Positions 38,984 to 47,942 of a stretch of DNA of 64,000 nucleotides are shown here, one piece after another; positions within the stretch are counted from its first letter, which is position 1; every line of letters starts with the position of its first letter. The stretch is from an uncultured bacterium (GTDB lineage: Bacteria > Babelota > Babeliae > Babelales > Babelaceae). The position numbers and the translations under genes are program-made. The notes under the pieces were generated by a model that was not told where the DNA came from, ran no database searches, and was given only the letters and a program-made list of their open reading frames with translations. The DNA lies in the NCBI GenBank assembly GCA_963824495.1, contig CAWGPQ010000014.1, forward strand, positions 32,001 to 96,000, written 5' to 3'.

Positions 38984-40441
38984 GTGGAAGAGAAACTTTC
39001 GGTTTTGGCACGCTATCCTGACTATGAAGCAACTATTGGCATCGAAGTTCACGTGCAATTATTGACAAAAAGTAAGATTTTTTGTCCGTCGGCCAATGGG
39101 ATATCTGATCAGCCTAATAAAGATATTTGTCCTATATGTATTGGACATCCAGGGGTTTTGCCCGTGCTCAATAAAGAAGTTGTTGATTTTGGTATCCGTG
39201 CAGCCCTTGCTACCCATAGTACTATTAACAAGAGCAATGAATTTGCGCGTAAGCACTATTTTTATCCTGATTTGCCCAAAAATTATCAAATTACCCAAAG
39301 CGATAAGCCTCTTGCTAAAGATGGCTCTATAGCTATTCAACGCGAAGACGGGAGCGTGAAGTATATTCGTCTTATCCGTATTCATATGGAAGAAGATGCA
39401 GGCAAAAGTATTCATGCAGCACATCATAATGAAAGTTTTATCGATTTTAATAGAGCTGGAACTCCCCTACTTGAAATTGTCTCATATCCTGATATCTCAA
39501 ACTCAGCTGAAGCCCGTGCCTATCTTAAGGCCCTGCGAGCTCTTGTAATGTATTTGGGTATCTGTTCGGGTAATATGGAAGAAGGCGCTTTTCGTGCTGA
39601 TACAAACGTTTCCGTTCGTAAAAAGGAACAAGAAAAACTGGGGACTAAATGCGAACTTAAAAATATAAACTCATTTAAATTTATTAGTGATGCTATAGAT
39701 TACGAAATTGAGCGACAAATAGTGCTCATTGAGCATGGAGGAAAAGTTGTTCAAGAAACGCGCTTGTGGAATGCCAAAAAGCACAAAACTGAATCTATGC
39801 GGATCAAAGAAGAGGCAGCTGACTATCGATACTTTCCTGATCCTGACTTGCCACGTATAGAGATTGACGATACATGGATTGAGCAGATTAAGCAGCAGTT
39901 ACCTGAATTGCCTGATGAAAAATTTAAGCGTTTACGTGCGTGCTATAGTCTTTCTGATTATGAAGCAGAAATTTTAATCGATAACCCTGATCTTGCTGAC
40001 TATTATGAACAAGCAGCTTGTTTTACTCATAGTAAGCATCTTATTAATTGGGTGCTTCGTGATGTTATGAGCTGGCTTAAAGAGCAGAAGATTGCATTAG
40101 CTGCATTTAAAGTAACACCCCATCACTTAGCTGAGCTTATTGATCTACTTGATAAAGGTACTATTAATAACCGAGTTGCACAGGAGGTTTTTGCTGAAGT
40201 TGCCCGTAATGGTACTTCACCAGCTGCTTTTGTACGTGAACGGGGACTTGAGCAAGTTGGGTCACTGGGCGAGCTTGAACAAATTATTAAAGATCTTATT
40301 ACAGCATACCCAGACCAAGCAGCTGAATATCGTGCAGGTAAAACAAAGTTAGTTGGGTTTTTTGTAGGTCAAGCGCTACAGAAAACAGATGGTAAGGGTA
40401 ATCCTCATATTATTCAAGAACTGCTCAAGAAATACTTGTAG
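38984..40441 (+). CDS. gatB: Asp-tRNA(Asn)/Glu-tRNA(Gln) amidotransferase subunit B
   Basis: IGIEVHVQL, YFYPDLPKNYQITQ, HMEEDAGK, NRAGTPLLEIV, DYRYFPDPDL. Confidence 0.97.
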   Translation: MEEKLSVLARYPDYEATIGIEVHVQLLTKSKIFCPSANGISDQPNKDICPICIGHPGVLPVLNKEVVDFGIRAALATHSTINKSNEFARKHYFYPDLPKNYQITQSDKPLAKDGSIAIQREDGSVKYIRLIRIHMEEDAGKSIHAAHHNESFIDFNRAGTPLLEIVSYPDISNSAEARAYLKALRALVMYLGICSGNMEEGAFRADTNVSVRKKEQEKLGTKCELKNINSFKFISDAIDYEIERQIVLIEHGGKVVQETRLWNAKKHKTESMRIKEEAADYRYFPDPDLPRIEIDDTWIEQIKQQLPELPDEKFKRLRACYSLSDYEAEILIDNPDLADYYEQAACFTHSKHLINWVLRDVMSWLKEQKIALAAFKVTPHHLAELIDLLDKGTINNRVAQEVFAEVARNGTSPAAFVRERGLEQVGSLGELEQIIKDLITAYPDQAAEYRAGKTKLVGFFVGQALQKTDGKGNPHIIQELLKKYL

Positions 40442-40464
40442 CCTTCACCAGGGGGGGAGAAGCA

Positions 40465-41454
40465 GTGTTATATACTACACGCTTAGTTATGCTCATCTGC
40501 TTACTGACAGCGCATCCTATTATGGGTGTAATAGTAGGTGTTAAGCCCAATGAGCAAACACCAATTGGTATTTTATCATTGCCGCTTTCTCAGCGTCCTA
40601 GTCCTCTCTTTAGCTTTGGCTTGCAGATAGCAGAAAAGGGTAACTTTATTGTAAGTGAGACATTTTATGATCTCAAATTTCATCAGAGTAACCTTTTTGA
40701 AGCGATCACCGAAATTTTTTATCAGCCCGAAAAAGATTTTTCGCTCTTTCTTCTTATTCCTGCAGTTCGTACTCCGCCTCCACCACCTCCACCATCTCCT
40801 CCTAAGCCACCATCAAAGTCATCTTTGTTCAATTCTTCTATTATAAGTGCTGATATAACTACCCATAGTATGCATGTAAGTACTAGTAAGACAGCGAGTG
40901 CCAAAGCAAAGTCTAAAACTCGACTGGGACGTGTTACGTTTGAAGCTGAATATGCATACTATCTTGAATTGCAAAAAACTTACTCACTTATTGGCACCAT
41001 CTTTGCTACTGTTCAAACTCCTGGTCAAGGCTTTGCAACTATTGATGCGGCAAGCTTTTTGCTTGGAACAACAGGAGGTTTTCAAACCTTCGATTGGACC
41101 GGTTTTGTAGTAACTGCCGTTGCTTTACCGTTAACTCGTTTTCAGGGTGTTAAGGAGGGTAAAGTTGTGTTGTATAATATCGGTCTTGCATACGATTTTG
41201 CCAATCCTCCAGGTTGGATCCTTGCAGGTCAGCTTGAGCTTAACGGTGTTTATTCACGACCTAACAAAAAAAACGGTATTACTGTTCCTAACACGGGTGG
41301 CAATGTTGTCTTTTTGGGACCATCATTATTTGCATCCAATAGGTATCTATCTATGCAGGCAGGAATACAGTTTGCTGTTGCACAAAAACTACGTGGAAAG
41401 CAAGATAGGGCAAAATTTCAAGCTACTGCTCGTATAGCCTATACGTTCTTTTAG
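40465..41454 (+). CDS. Putative outer-membrane beta-barrel protein with polyproline insert
   Basis: Signal peptide, amphipathic beta pattern, C-terminal aromatic residue; paralog of the next gene (SQRP.P.FSFG, GGNV.F.GPSLFASN). Confidence 0.65.
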   Translation: MLYTTRLVMLICLLTAHPIMGVIVGVKPNEQTPIGILSLPLSQRPSPLFSFGLQIAEKGNFIVSETFYDLKFHQSNLFEAITEIFYQPEKDFSLFLLIPAVRTPPPPPPPSPPKPPSKSSLFNSSIISADITTHSMHVSTSKTASAKAKSKTRLGRVTFEAEYAYYLELQKTYSLIGTIFATVQTPGQGFATIDAASFLLGTTGGFQTFDWTGFVVTAVALPLTRFQGVKEGKVVLYNIGLAYDFANPPGWILAGQLELNGVYSRPNKKNGITVPNTGGNVVFLGPSLFASNRYLSMQAGIQFAVAQKLRGKQDRAKFQATARIAYTFF

Positions 41455-41469
41455 TAGTATCTGGGATAC

Positions 41470-42339
41470 ATGTTAATACTCTTATTGTGTCTTATATGTT
41501 TTTTGACCACCCTAAAATCTCAGGCATCCGATACGGTTTTGTCAAGTGAAGAGCAAATTCATGTTGGTAATTTGGCTTTGCGTATCTCCCAGCGCCCTGG
41601 GCCCTTCTTTAGCTTTGGCCAGAATGTTATTGAAAAGGGTGATCTTATTGCAAGAGGACTTGTCTTTGAACTTAAGGGATGTAAAGCAACATTGCTTACG
41701 TTCAATCCACGTCTGCTCTATGGACTGACCGATAGGTTCTCTGCTTTTATCGAGGCTCCGGCAGTTATCGCCTATCGAGATCATAAGCATCGATCATCAG
41801 GACTAGGAAGTGTTATTATAGAAGGCGAATGTGCTGTTTATGTCTATCGAACATTAACGTCTTCAACGTATGCAACTATTGTAGCTGACATTCAAGCCCC
41901 CGCGCCAGCTTTTAAAAAGATTAAAACTATTTTCAGCTCTTTAAATTTTTTTATTGGAACAACAGCAAGTTATTTATCTATTGAGTGGCAAGCCTTTGTT
42001 TCAACGGGAGCTTTGATAACAACACGCCGTCATCAAGTTAAATGGGGTAATGTATTTCTCTATGAGCTTGGCCTTGGACATAACCTAGGTAACCCTTACG
42101 GTTGGATACTTTCTTGGCTTCTAGAATTTAATGGTATTTACTCACTGCAGGAAAAAGTCGGCAATCGCACCAACTCCAACTCTGGAGGCAATGTTATTTT
42201 TGTAGGTCCCTCACTCTTTGCCTCAAATGAGCATTTTGTTGTTCAAGCGGGCGTTCAGGGAGTACTCTTTCAAAAATTGTTTGGTAAGCAGAGCAAAAGT
42301 ATCTATCGCCTTGCTGCTAGTGTTGCTTATACATTTTAG
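41470..42339 (+). CDS. Putative outer-membrane beta-barrel protein
   Basis: Signal peptide; paralog of 40465-41454; ends VAYTF. Confidence 0.65.
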   Translation: MLILLLCLICFLTTLKSQASDTVLSSEEQIHVGNLALRISQRPGPFFSFGQNVIEKGDLIARGLVFELKGCKATLLTFNPRLLYGLTDRFSAFIEAPAVIAYRDHKHRSSGLGSVIIEGECAVYVYRTLTSSTYATIVADIQAPAPAFKKIKTIFSSLNFFIGTTASYLSIEWQAFVSTGALITTRRHQVKWGNVFLYELGLGHNLGNPYGWILSWLLEFNGIYSLQEKVGNRTNSNSGGNVIFVGPSLFASNEHFVVQAGVQGVLFQKLFGKQSKSIYRLAASVAYTF

Positions 42340-42353
42340 CTTCCCTATCGCGC

Positions 42354-42540
42354 CTAGCCGTTAGAGTTAGAGTTGCCGGCAGCCATAGCGTATTGTGCAA
42401 CTAAAGCGGCAATCTCAGCTGGAAAGTTAATGCCTCCCGGAAGATTTTCTAGTCTACCCTGAGCTTGAAGTCATTGATCTCGCAAGATCTCAGACATAAT
42501 CCTCTCTCTGCTCAACATATCAATAACGTCAGTGTCCCAC
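42354..42540 (-). pseudogene. Out-of-frame original C-terminus of the 42512-44245 ankyrin gene (second F-box-like motif and tail)
   Basis: Alternative frame reads TDVIDMLSRERIMSEILRDQ*LQAQGRLENLPGGINFPAEIAALVAQYAMAAGNSNSNG*. Confidence 0.75.
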
Positions 42541-44245
42541 GTTCACGTGCTACATCAAGCAATGTCCGAACGGTATCTGCATTACCTTGCTGTATTGCTA
42601 AGTGTAATGGTGTATTACCGTTATTATTTACAGCATTAATATCAGCACCATCACTAAGTAATGTTCTAACGCCGTGGGTATTATTGTGAAGGATAGCGTA
42701 ATGTAATGCAGTATTACCGTCAGTATCCCGTGCGTTAACGTTAGATTGAGCGTTGCCGGGAGTCATAGCGTAGCGTGCAACTAAAGCAACAATTTCAGCT
42801 GGAAGGTTAACGTCGCCCGGAAGGTTTTCTAGGGTACTATTTTGTCCTGCTCTTTGTACTAAACCAAATACAGCTTGATTTTCATATTTTTCAAAAAGGG
42901 CAGCAATGTTAGGATGATTATTTCTGAGGGCAAGGGTCCAGGCTGATTCGTCTGTATCATTAAAAAGATTAACTTGAGCACTATGGCGCAGTAACATAAG
43001 AACGGTATCTTTATGACCATTGCGTGCCGCTAACATAAGCGGTGTAGTACCACTAGGGAGAGCAGCATTAACGTTTGCTCCATGCTCTAAGAGCAGTTTA
43101 ACTATATTGCTATGGCCTTTAACAGCTGCATAATGCAGTGCGGTAGCACGATTAATATTAGTAGCGTTAAGGTCAGCCTTGTGTTCTAGAAGAAGCTTGG
43201 CGATATCACAGTGACCATAGAATGCTGCAAAGTGAAGTGCAGTTATGCCAGGAGCATCATAATTACTATAAGCTCCTTGCTCTAATAACTGAGTAACTCT
43301 GTTAATGTCACCTCGGGTTACAGCGTCAAGTAACTCCTCGTTGATTCTTGTATTTTCATTAATGAGATTTACAATTTCATGATAATTATTTTGCTGGGCA
43401 ATGGTCAATGCTGATTCGCCTGCATTATTTAAGAGGTTAACTTGAGCATGGTGCTGGAGAAAAAGTTGAACAATATTCTTATGTCCATGTCGAGCCGCTA
43501 GCATAAGGGCAGTATTGCCGAATTCATCAGCAAAATCAAGGCTTATGCCCAGCTCTAGAAGCATTTTAACTCTCCCTGTGTTTCCATTGCGAGTTGCCCG
43601 TATAAGGCCATCGTAGTCATTATTATCGATATAATTAACACTATTAACATCGGTGCTCTTGTTATCTCTTGCATTTCCATTAATAAGATCTACAATTTCA
43701 CGGTGGTTATTTTGCTGGGCAATGACCAATGCTGATGCACCTCGATGATTAAAAAGATCAGCCCGTGCATTATGGGCGAGAAGAACCTGAACAATATCTA
43801 CGTATCCGTCTTCAGCTGCCAACATGAGAGCAGTAGTACCCTCGCAATTAGCACGATTAACGTCAGCACCAGCTTCCATAAGCATTCTCACGATCTCCAC
43901 CTCTACATAGCTAGTATTAGCTGCTGATATAAGAGCAGTATTGCCATAGAAGTTGGCATAATTAACATCAGCCCCACGCTCTATAAGTATTCTAACTATC
44001 TCTATATGCCCATAGCTAACTGCATGTATAAGCGCTGTTTGGCCACTATAATCGACACAATTAACGTGAGCACCCTGCTCTAGTAAGGAGATTACGATAT
44101 CTTTATCTCCTGCTTTTGCTGCTGCTAATAACTGTTCATTAAGCTGAAGTTGTTGTTCTTGATCAGGTAAGTGCATGCTCATGAGCTGAGGCGAACCAAA
44201 AATAAAGATACTAAAGCCTGCTAATGCTAGTATATACTCGTTCAC
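42512..44245 (-). CDS. Secreted ankyrin-repeat protein with internal F-box-like motif, C-terminally frameshifted
   Basis: GTG start; signal ...QLMSMH; more than ten ANK repeats; NLPAEIVALVARYA. Confidence 0.9.
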   Translation of the reverse strand: MNEYILALAGFSIFIFGSPQLMSMHLPDQEQQLQLNEQLLAAAKAGDKDIVISLLEQGAHVNCVDYSGQTALIHAVSYGHIEIVRILIERGADVNYANFYGNTALISAANTSYVEVEIVRMLMEAGADVNRANCEGTTALMLAAEDGYVDIVQVLLAHNARADLFNHRGASALVIAQQNNHREIVDLINGNARDNKSTDVNSVNYIDNNDYDGLIRATRNGNTGRVKMLLELGISLDFADEFGNTALMLAARHGHKNIVQLFLQHHAQVNLLNNAGESALTIAQQNNYHEIVNLINENTRINEELLDAVTRGDINRVTQLLEQGAYSNYDAPGITALHFAAFYGHCDIAKLLLEHKADLNATNINRATALHYAAVKGHSNIVKLLLEHGANVNAALPSGTTPLMLAARNGHKDTVLMLLRHSAQVNLFNDTDESAWTLALRNNHPNIAALFEKYENQAVFGLVQRAGQNSTLENLPGDVNLPAEIVALVARYAMTPGNAQSNVNARDTDGNTALHYAILHNNTHGVRTLLSDGADINAVNNNGNTPLHLAIQQGNADTVRTLLDVARERGTLTLLIC

Positions 44246-44325
44246 GCTGTTCCTTTGTTTGAGCTATATTTTATTTAAAACGACAATCTTGTAATTATTT
44301 TAGCTCGTGCTTTACGCATTGTCAA
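44246..44325 (-). promoter_or_regulatory. Ankyrin-cassette promoter/leader, copy E
   Basis: TTGACA-17-TAAAAT; leader TTGTCGTTTTAAATAAAATATAGCTCAAACAAAGGA. Confidence 0.8.
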
Positions 44326-44408
44326 ATGATCTCAAGCTAAACACATATAATTTGATAATAGAGTTAGCTCGCGTAAGAGTTATGTACGCATGTACTATCG
44401 CTCAATCT

Positions 44409-45725
44409 TTAAGAGCTAGAATTAGGGTTAGACAAGAAGTGAACTATATGCGCTATAATTTCTTCAGGCATACCAATATCCGGAACATTTCTACCTTGAG
44501 CATGCAAGTGCTGAAAAAGTTCTCTATCACGCAATATACCGGGTATAATTCTTTCTCTGCTCAACACGTCAATAATAGCAGTACGCCTGTGCTCACGGGC
44601 TACATCCAATGGTGTCCGATTTTTCTTATTTCTTATGATATGGTCAGCCTGAGCACCAAGGAGTGCTTGAACCATACTCGCGCGATTATGCTGTATTGCT
44701 GTGTGTAGTGCTGTGTCCCCCTGTCCATTTGGGGTATTAATATGTGCATTATAAGCTAGTAATGCCTCAAGAATAACTTCATTACCATTGCGTGCAGCAT
44801 GATGAAGCACAGTATTACCTTCATTGTCTTGTATAGCAAGATTAGGGTTATACTCATTAAGTAAGTCTTCAACAAGAATTCCATAATTTTGAGCAACTGC
44901 CCAGTGTAGCGCTGTCATGCCAAACTTATCTTGATGATTAATCCTATAGGGTCCACTAAAAATGGTATTATTATCTCCGTCAAGAAGTCTTATGATGTGT
45001 TCTCTATCCCTGGTAATAATTGCTAGAATGAGTGGTGAAATCTTATTCTTTTTGCTTAGTATACGTGTAACTAGATTCTTATCGTCAGCTGATGTGGTAG
45101 ACAGTATTCTAGCTCCATAACGGGCAAGCATTATAGCTAGATCTGTGTCTACATATTCAGCTGCCCATATAAGAGGAGTCTTGCCCTTATCATCGATATG
45201 ATTAACATGAGCACCATGCTCTATAAGCATTCTGACGATTTCTATATACCCATTCTCAACTGTCGCTATAAGAACAGTCTTGCCAAGTTGGCCGGCATGA
45301 TTAACATGAGCACCTTGTTCTATAAGCAATCTAACGATCTCTCCATACCCATTCCAACCTGCATCTAGTAGAGCAGTCATACGACACCTATCAGCATGAT
45401 TAACGTCAGCACCATGCTTTATGAGTATTCTGGCTATCTTTTGATGTCCTTTCGCACATGCATTCATAAGGGCAGTTTTGCCAGTATTATCGGTATGATT
45501 AACATCAGCACCTTGATCTAGTAAGGAGATTACGGTATCTTTATCTCCTGCTTTCGCTGCCTCTAACAATTGCTCATTATCCCTATCTCTTGTTTGTATT
45601 GCCTCTAGCAACCGCTTATTAAGCAGCAGTTGCTGCTCTTGGTTAAAAGAGTTCATGCTTATAAGCTGATGTGAATTAGGCAAAAAGGCCATAAAGTTTG
45701 CTAATATCAGAATATACTTGTTCAT
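44409..45725 (-). CDS. Secreted ankyrin-repeat protein with C-terminal F-box-like motif
   Basis: Start MNKYIL at 45725; signal ...QLISMN; ANK repeats; IGMPEEIIAHIVHFL; tail SNPNSSS. Confidence 0.9.
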   Translation of the reverse strand: MNKYILILANFMAFLPNSHQLISMNSFNQEQQLLLNKRLLEAIQTRDRDNEQLLEAAKAGDKDTVISLLDQGADVNHTDNTGKTALMNACAKGHQKIARILIKHGADVNHADRCRMTALLDAGWNGYGEIVRLLIEQGAHVNHAGQLGKTVLIATVENGYIEIVRMLIEHGAHVNHIDDKGKTPLIWAAEYVDTDLAIMLARYGARILSTTSADDKNLVTRILSKKNKISPLILAIITRDREHIIRLLDGDNNTIFSGPYRINHQDKFGMTALHWAVAQNYGILVEDLLNEYNPNLAIQDNEGNTVLHHAARNGNEVILEALLAYNAHINTPNGQGDTALHTAIQHNRASMVQALLGAQADHIIRNKKNRTPLDVAREHRRTAIIDVLSRERIIPGILRDRELFQHLHAQGRNVPDIGMPEEIIAHIVHFLSNPNSSS

Positions 45726-45815
45726 GCGGCATCTTTTTAAGCTATATTTCACTTAATGTAAAAAATTTAACTATAACTTTAAACTATATCTTATATTCTT
45801 TTAAAAGATTCGCAA
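45726..45815 (-). promoter_or_regulatory. Ankyrin-cassette promoter/leader, copy F (divergent)
   Basis: TTAAGTGAAATATAGCTTAAAAAGA keeps the AAATATAGCTTAAA core; possible TTGCGA-16-TAAGAT. Confidence 0.5.
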
Positions 45816-45859
45816 TAAAAATTAATAAAGATACAGAGTATGGCATCTGTTGAGCTTGC

Positions 45860-46783
45860 TTAAACTCGGAATATGCCTGATTCTGTATAATACATGCGCA
45901 GGCCTTTTATATAACCTTTCACCTGATCTCTATTTCTAGAAATAATGAGAGCTTCAATAAACAAGCCTATTGTACTCCACATGTATGCTATAAGCTTAAG
46001 TTTACGTGTGGGGTATACGTTTTTAAAGAATAAATAGCTGTAGTTTGTGATATACATTGCCCGATTATCGATAACTTTATCGCGATTAAGGGGGCTCTTA
46101 TGATGTTCAAGCTGTGCTCGGGGGTTATAGAAGAGTGTATAGCTTCGTGAGATACGCCATGAGATATCGCAGTCTTCCATAGCACAATAAGCATGTAGGT
46201 TTTCATCAAATCGATATTTTTTTACTACAGTTGACCTATATGCCATACAGCACCCGCCTAATACTTTTACGAGCTTAAAGATATTGAGGCCGTACGTATG
46301 CGTTGGCATACCTGAATACGTAAAGTTGCCTGAAGCATAATCACGTTGTAATAAGAAGAGTAGTCTGATAATTCTTGATGGGGTAAACTTGAGCGGCTCA
46401 CTATTACTTATTGCTCCCATACCTCCCGCATACTTGGGATAATGCTCGAATATTTTTTGCATTTCTTCTAGATATAGAGGTGTTAAGATAACGTCATCGT
46501 CAAAGAAATAGATAATGTCGCTTGTGGCATTATCAAGACCAACATTACGCTGATATGTCAAGCCCGGCTGCGTATGTTTATAAAGTAATCGTGAGCTTAT
46601 AAAGTATGCTTGGGTAAACGTCTTGGTAAAGTACTCTTCTCCATCAAGTCGCTTATCACTGCTATCAACAATAATAACCTCAGTAGGTTGAACAGTCTGA
46701 ATTTTAAGTGATTCCAAAAATGCTATGACATCTCTCATCCTATTACGCGTACAAATAATAACACTTGACGTGAGTTTATCCAT
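45860..46783 (-). CDS. Glycosyltransferase family 2
   Basis: VIICTRNR, IIVDSS, QRN.G, FFDDD, GGCCM, EDCD. Confidence 0.9.
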   Translation of the reverse strand: MDKLTSSVIICTRNRMRDVIAFLESLKIQTVQPTEVIIVDSSDKRLDGEEYFTKTFTQAYFISSRLLYKHTQPGLTYQRNVGLDNATSDIIYFFDDDVILTPLYLEEMQKIFEHYPKYAGGMGAISNSEPLKFTPSRIIRLLFLLQRDYASGNFTYSGMPTHTYGLNIFKLVKVLGGCCMAYRSTVVKKYRFDENLHAYCAMEDCDISWRISRSYTLFYNPRAQLEHHKSPLNRDKVIDNRAMYITNYSYLFFKNVYPTRKLKLIAYMWSTIGLFIEALIISRNRDQVKGYIKGLRMYYTESGIFRV

Positions 46784-46789
46784 AGAGAC

Positions 46790-47848
46790 TTAAGAACTTA
46801 GGGGGGAACCTGTAGATAAGATACTCTGAGCTTTAGTTAAAAAATCGTTCATATCACCAGTTTTAAAAAGAAAAGCTTTGCTAGGCCGTTTACAAATGTC
46901 ACTTGCTAAAGCAGGTGTACCAAAAAAAATGGCTTCTTGGACGCTGATGCCATAGCTATCGCTTCGTGTCGGACGCACAAAAAGATCGACTTTGTGCATA
47001 AGAGGCCAAAGTTCTTTTTGATGTTCAAGGAAATACATATACTCCTGTAAGCTGGCCTGCTTAATATTATTAAGAAGCTTGTAATAATACTGCTCGTTGC
47101 CTCGTTGAGCAAGTGCTATTATAAGCCCACATAACGGATATTTTTCGCGCAAGTTATGCATGAGCTCAATGCACAAATCAAGGCCATAAAGATCTTGATT
47201 ATTAATAAGAACGAGCCGAAAAGCATTTGCTAAGATTAATGGTGAGCGTGTTCTAAGAAAATGTGAAAGATCTGAGGGATAGGTAGCCCAAATGGCTTGT
47301 TCTTCTGACAGAGCAGGCGGTAAAAATGGCGATTCTAGTGAAGCAGCTTTTGCCACTGGTATTTTGGCATCATGATAACTTGCACGTGTTGTCGTTCCAA
47401 TAATAACATGATGATTAACACATATGAGCGTAGTACGCAGTATATATTTAAAAAAAGCTGATCTTTGATAGAGATGTCTACAGTCATGATCAATAAGTAT
47501 AAGCCTATAGGATAGAATAGCTTTTAAGCTTATAATACAAAACCACTCTAGTAAGTTGTTATAGAGCGTGTGATACTGAACTTCATCAGGTCGAGTTTTA
47601 CAAAGAAAATAAATAAGTTTTGCATAACGTATAAGTCTTGATGAAAAGCACGTGATATCAAAAATCTGTACGTAATTTTCTTGGCTACGTAGTTTTTGTG
47701 CAACACGCTTAATATGTACTGAAGTACCGCCCAATGGTGGAGGATAGGGGCCAATAATAGCTATAGTTTTTTTGTAAAGGTTATCAGAATAGCGATGCTC
47801 TAGCTCATTAGATGCTTGAGATGTATGTAGGGGCTCTTGATTAGTCAT
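46790..47848 (-). CDS. Glycosyltransferase family 4-like
   Basis: GPYPPPLGG and DLFVRPTRSDSYGISVQEA (GT-B D/E-x7-E motif). Confidence 0.85.
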   Translation of the reverse strand: MTNQEPLHTSQASNELEHRYSDNLYKKTIAIIGPYPPPLGGTSVHIKRVAQKLRSQENYVQIFDITCFSSRLIRYAKLIYFLCKTRPDEVQYHTLYNNLLEWFCIISLKAILSYRLILIDHDCRHLYQRSAFFKYILRTTLICVNHHVIIGTTTRASYHDAKIPVAKAASLESPFLPPALSEEQAIWATYPSDLSHFLRTRSPLILANAFRLVLINNQDLYGLDLCIELMHNLREKYPLCGLIIALAQRGNEQYYYKLLNNIKQASLQEYMYFLEHQKELWPLMHKVDLFVRPTRSDSYGISVQEAIFFGTPALASDICKRPSKAFLFKTGDMNDFLTKAQSILSTGSPLSS

Positions 47849-47942
47849 AAAGCTTGTTGCTTTATTGTGTAATATTTTTTATAAGACAATCTTATTATAG
47901 TATGTATTTATAGCACGTTTCCACCGGAGCTGCTAGAGAGCA

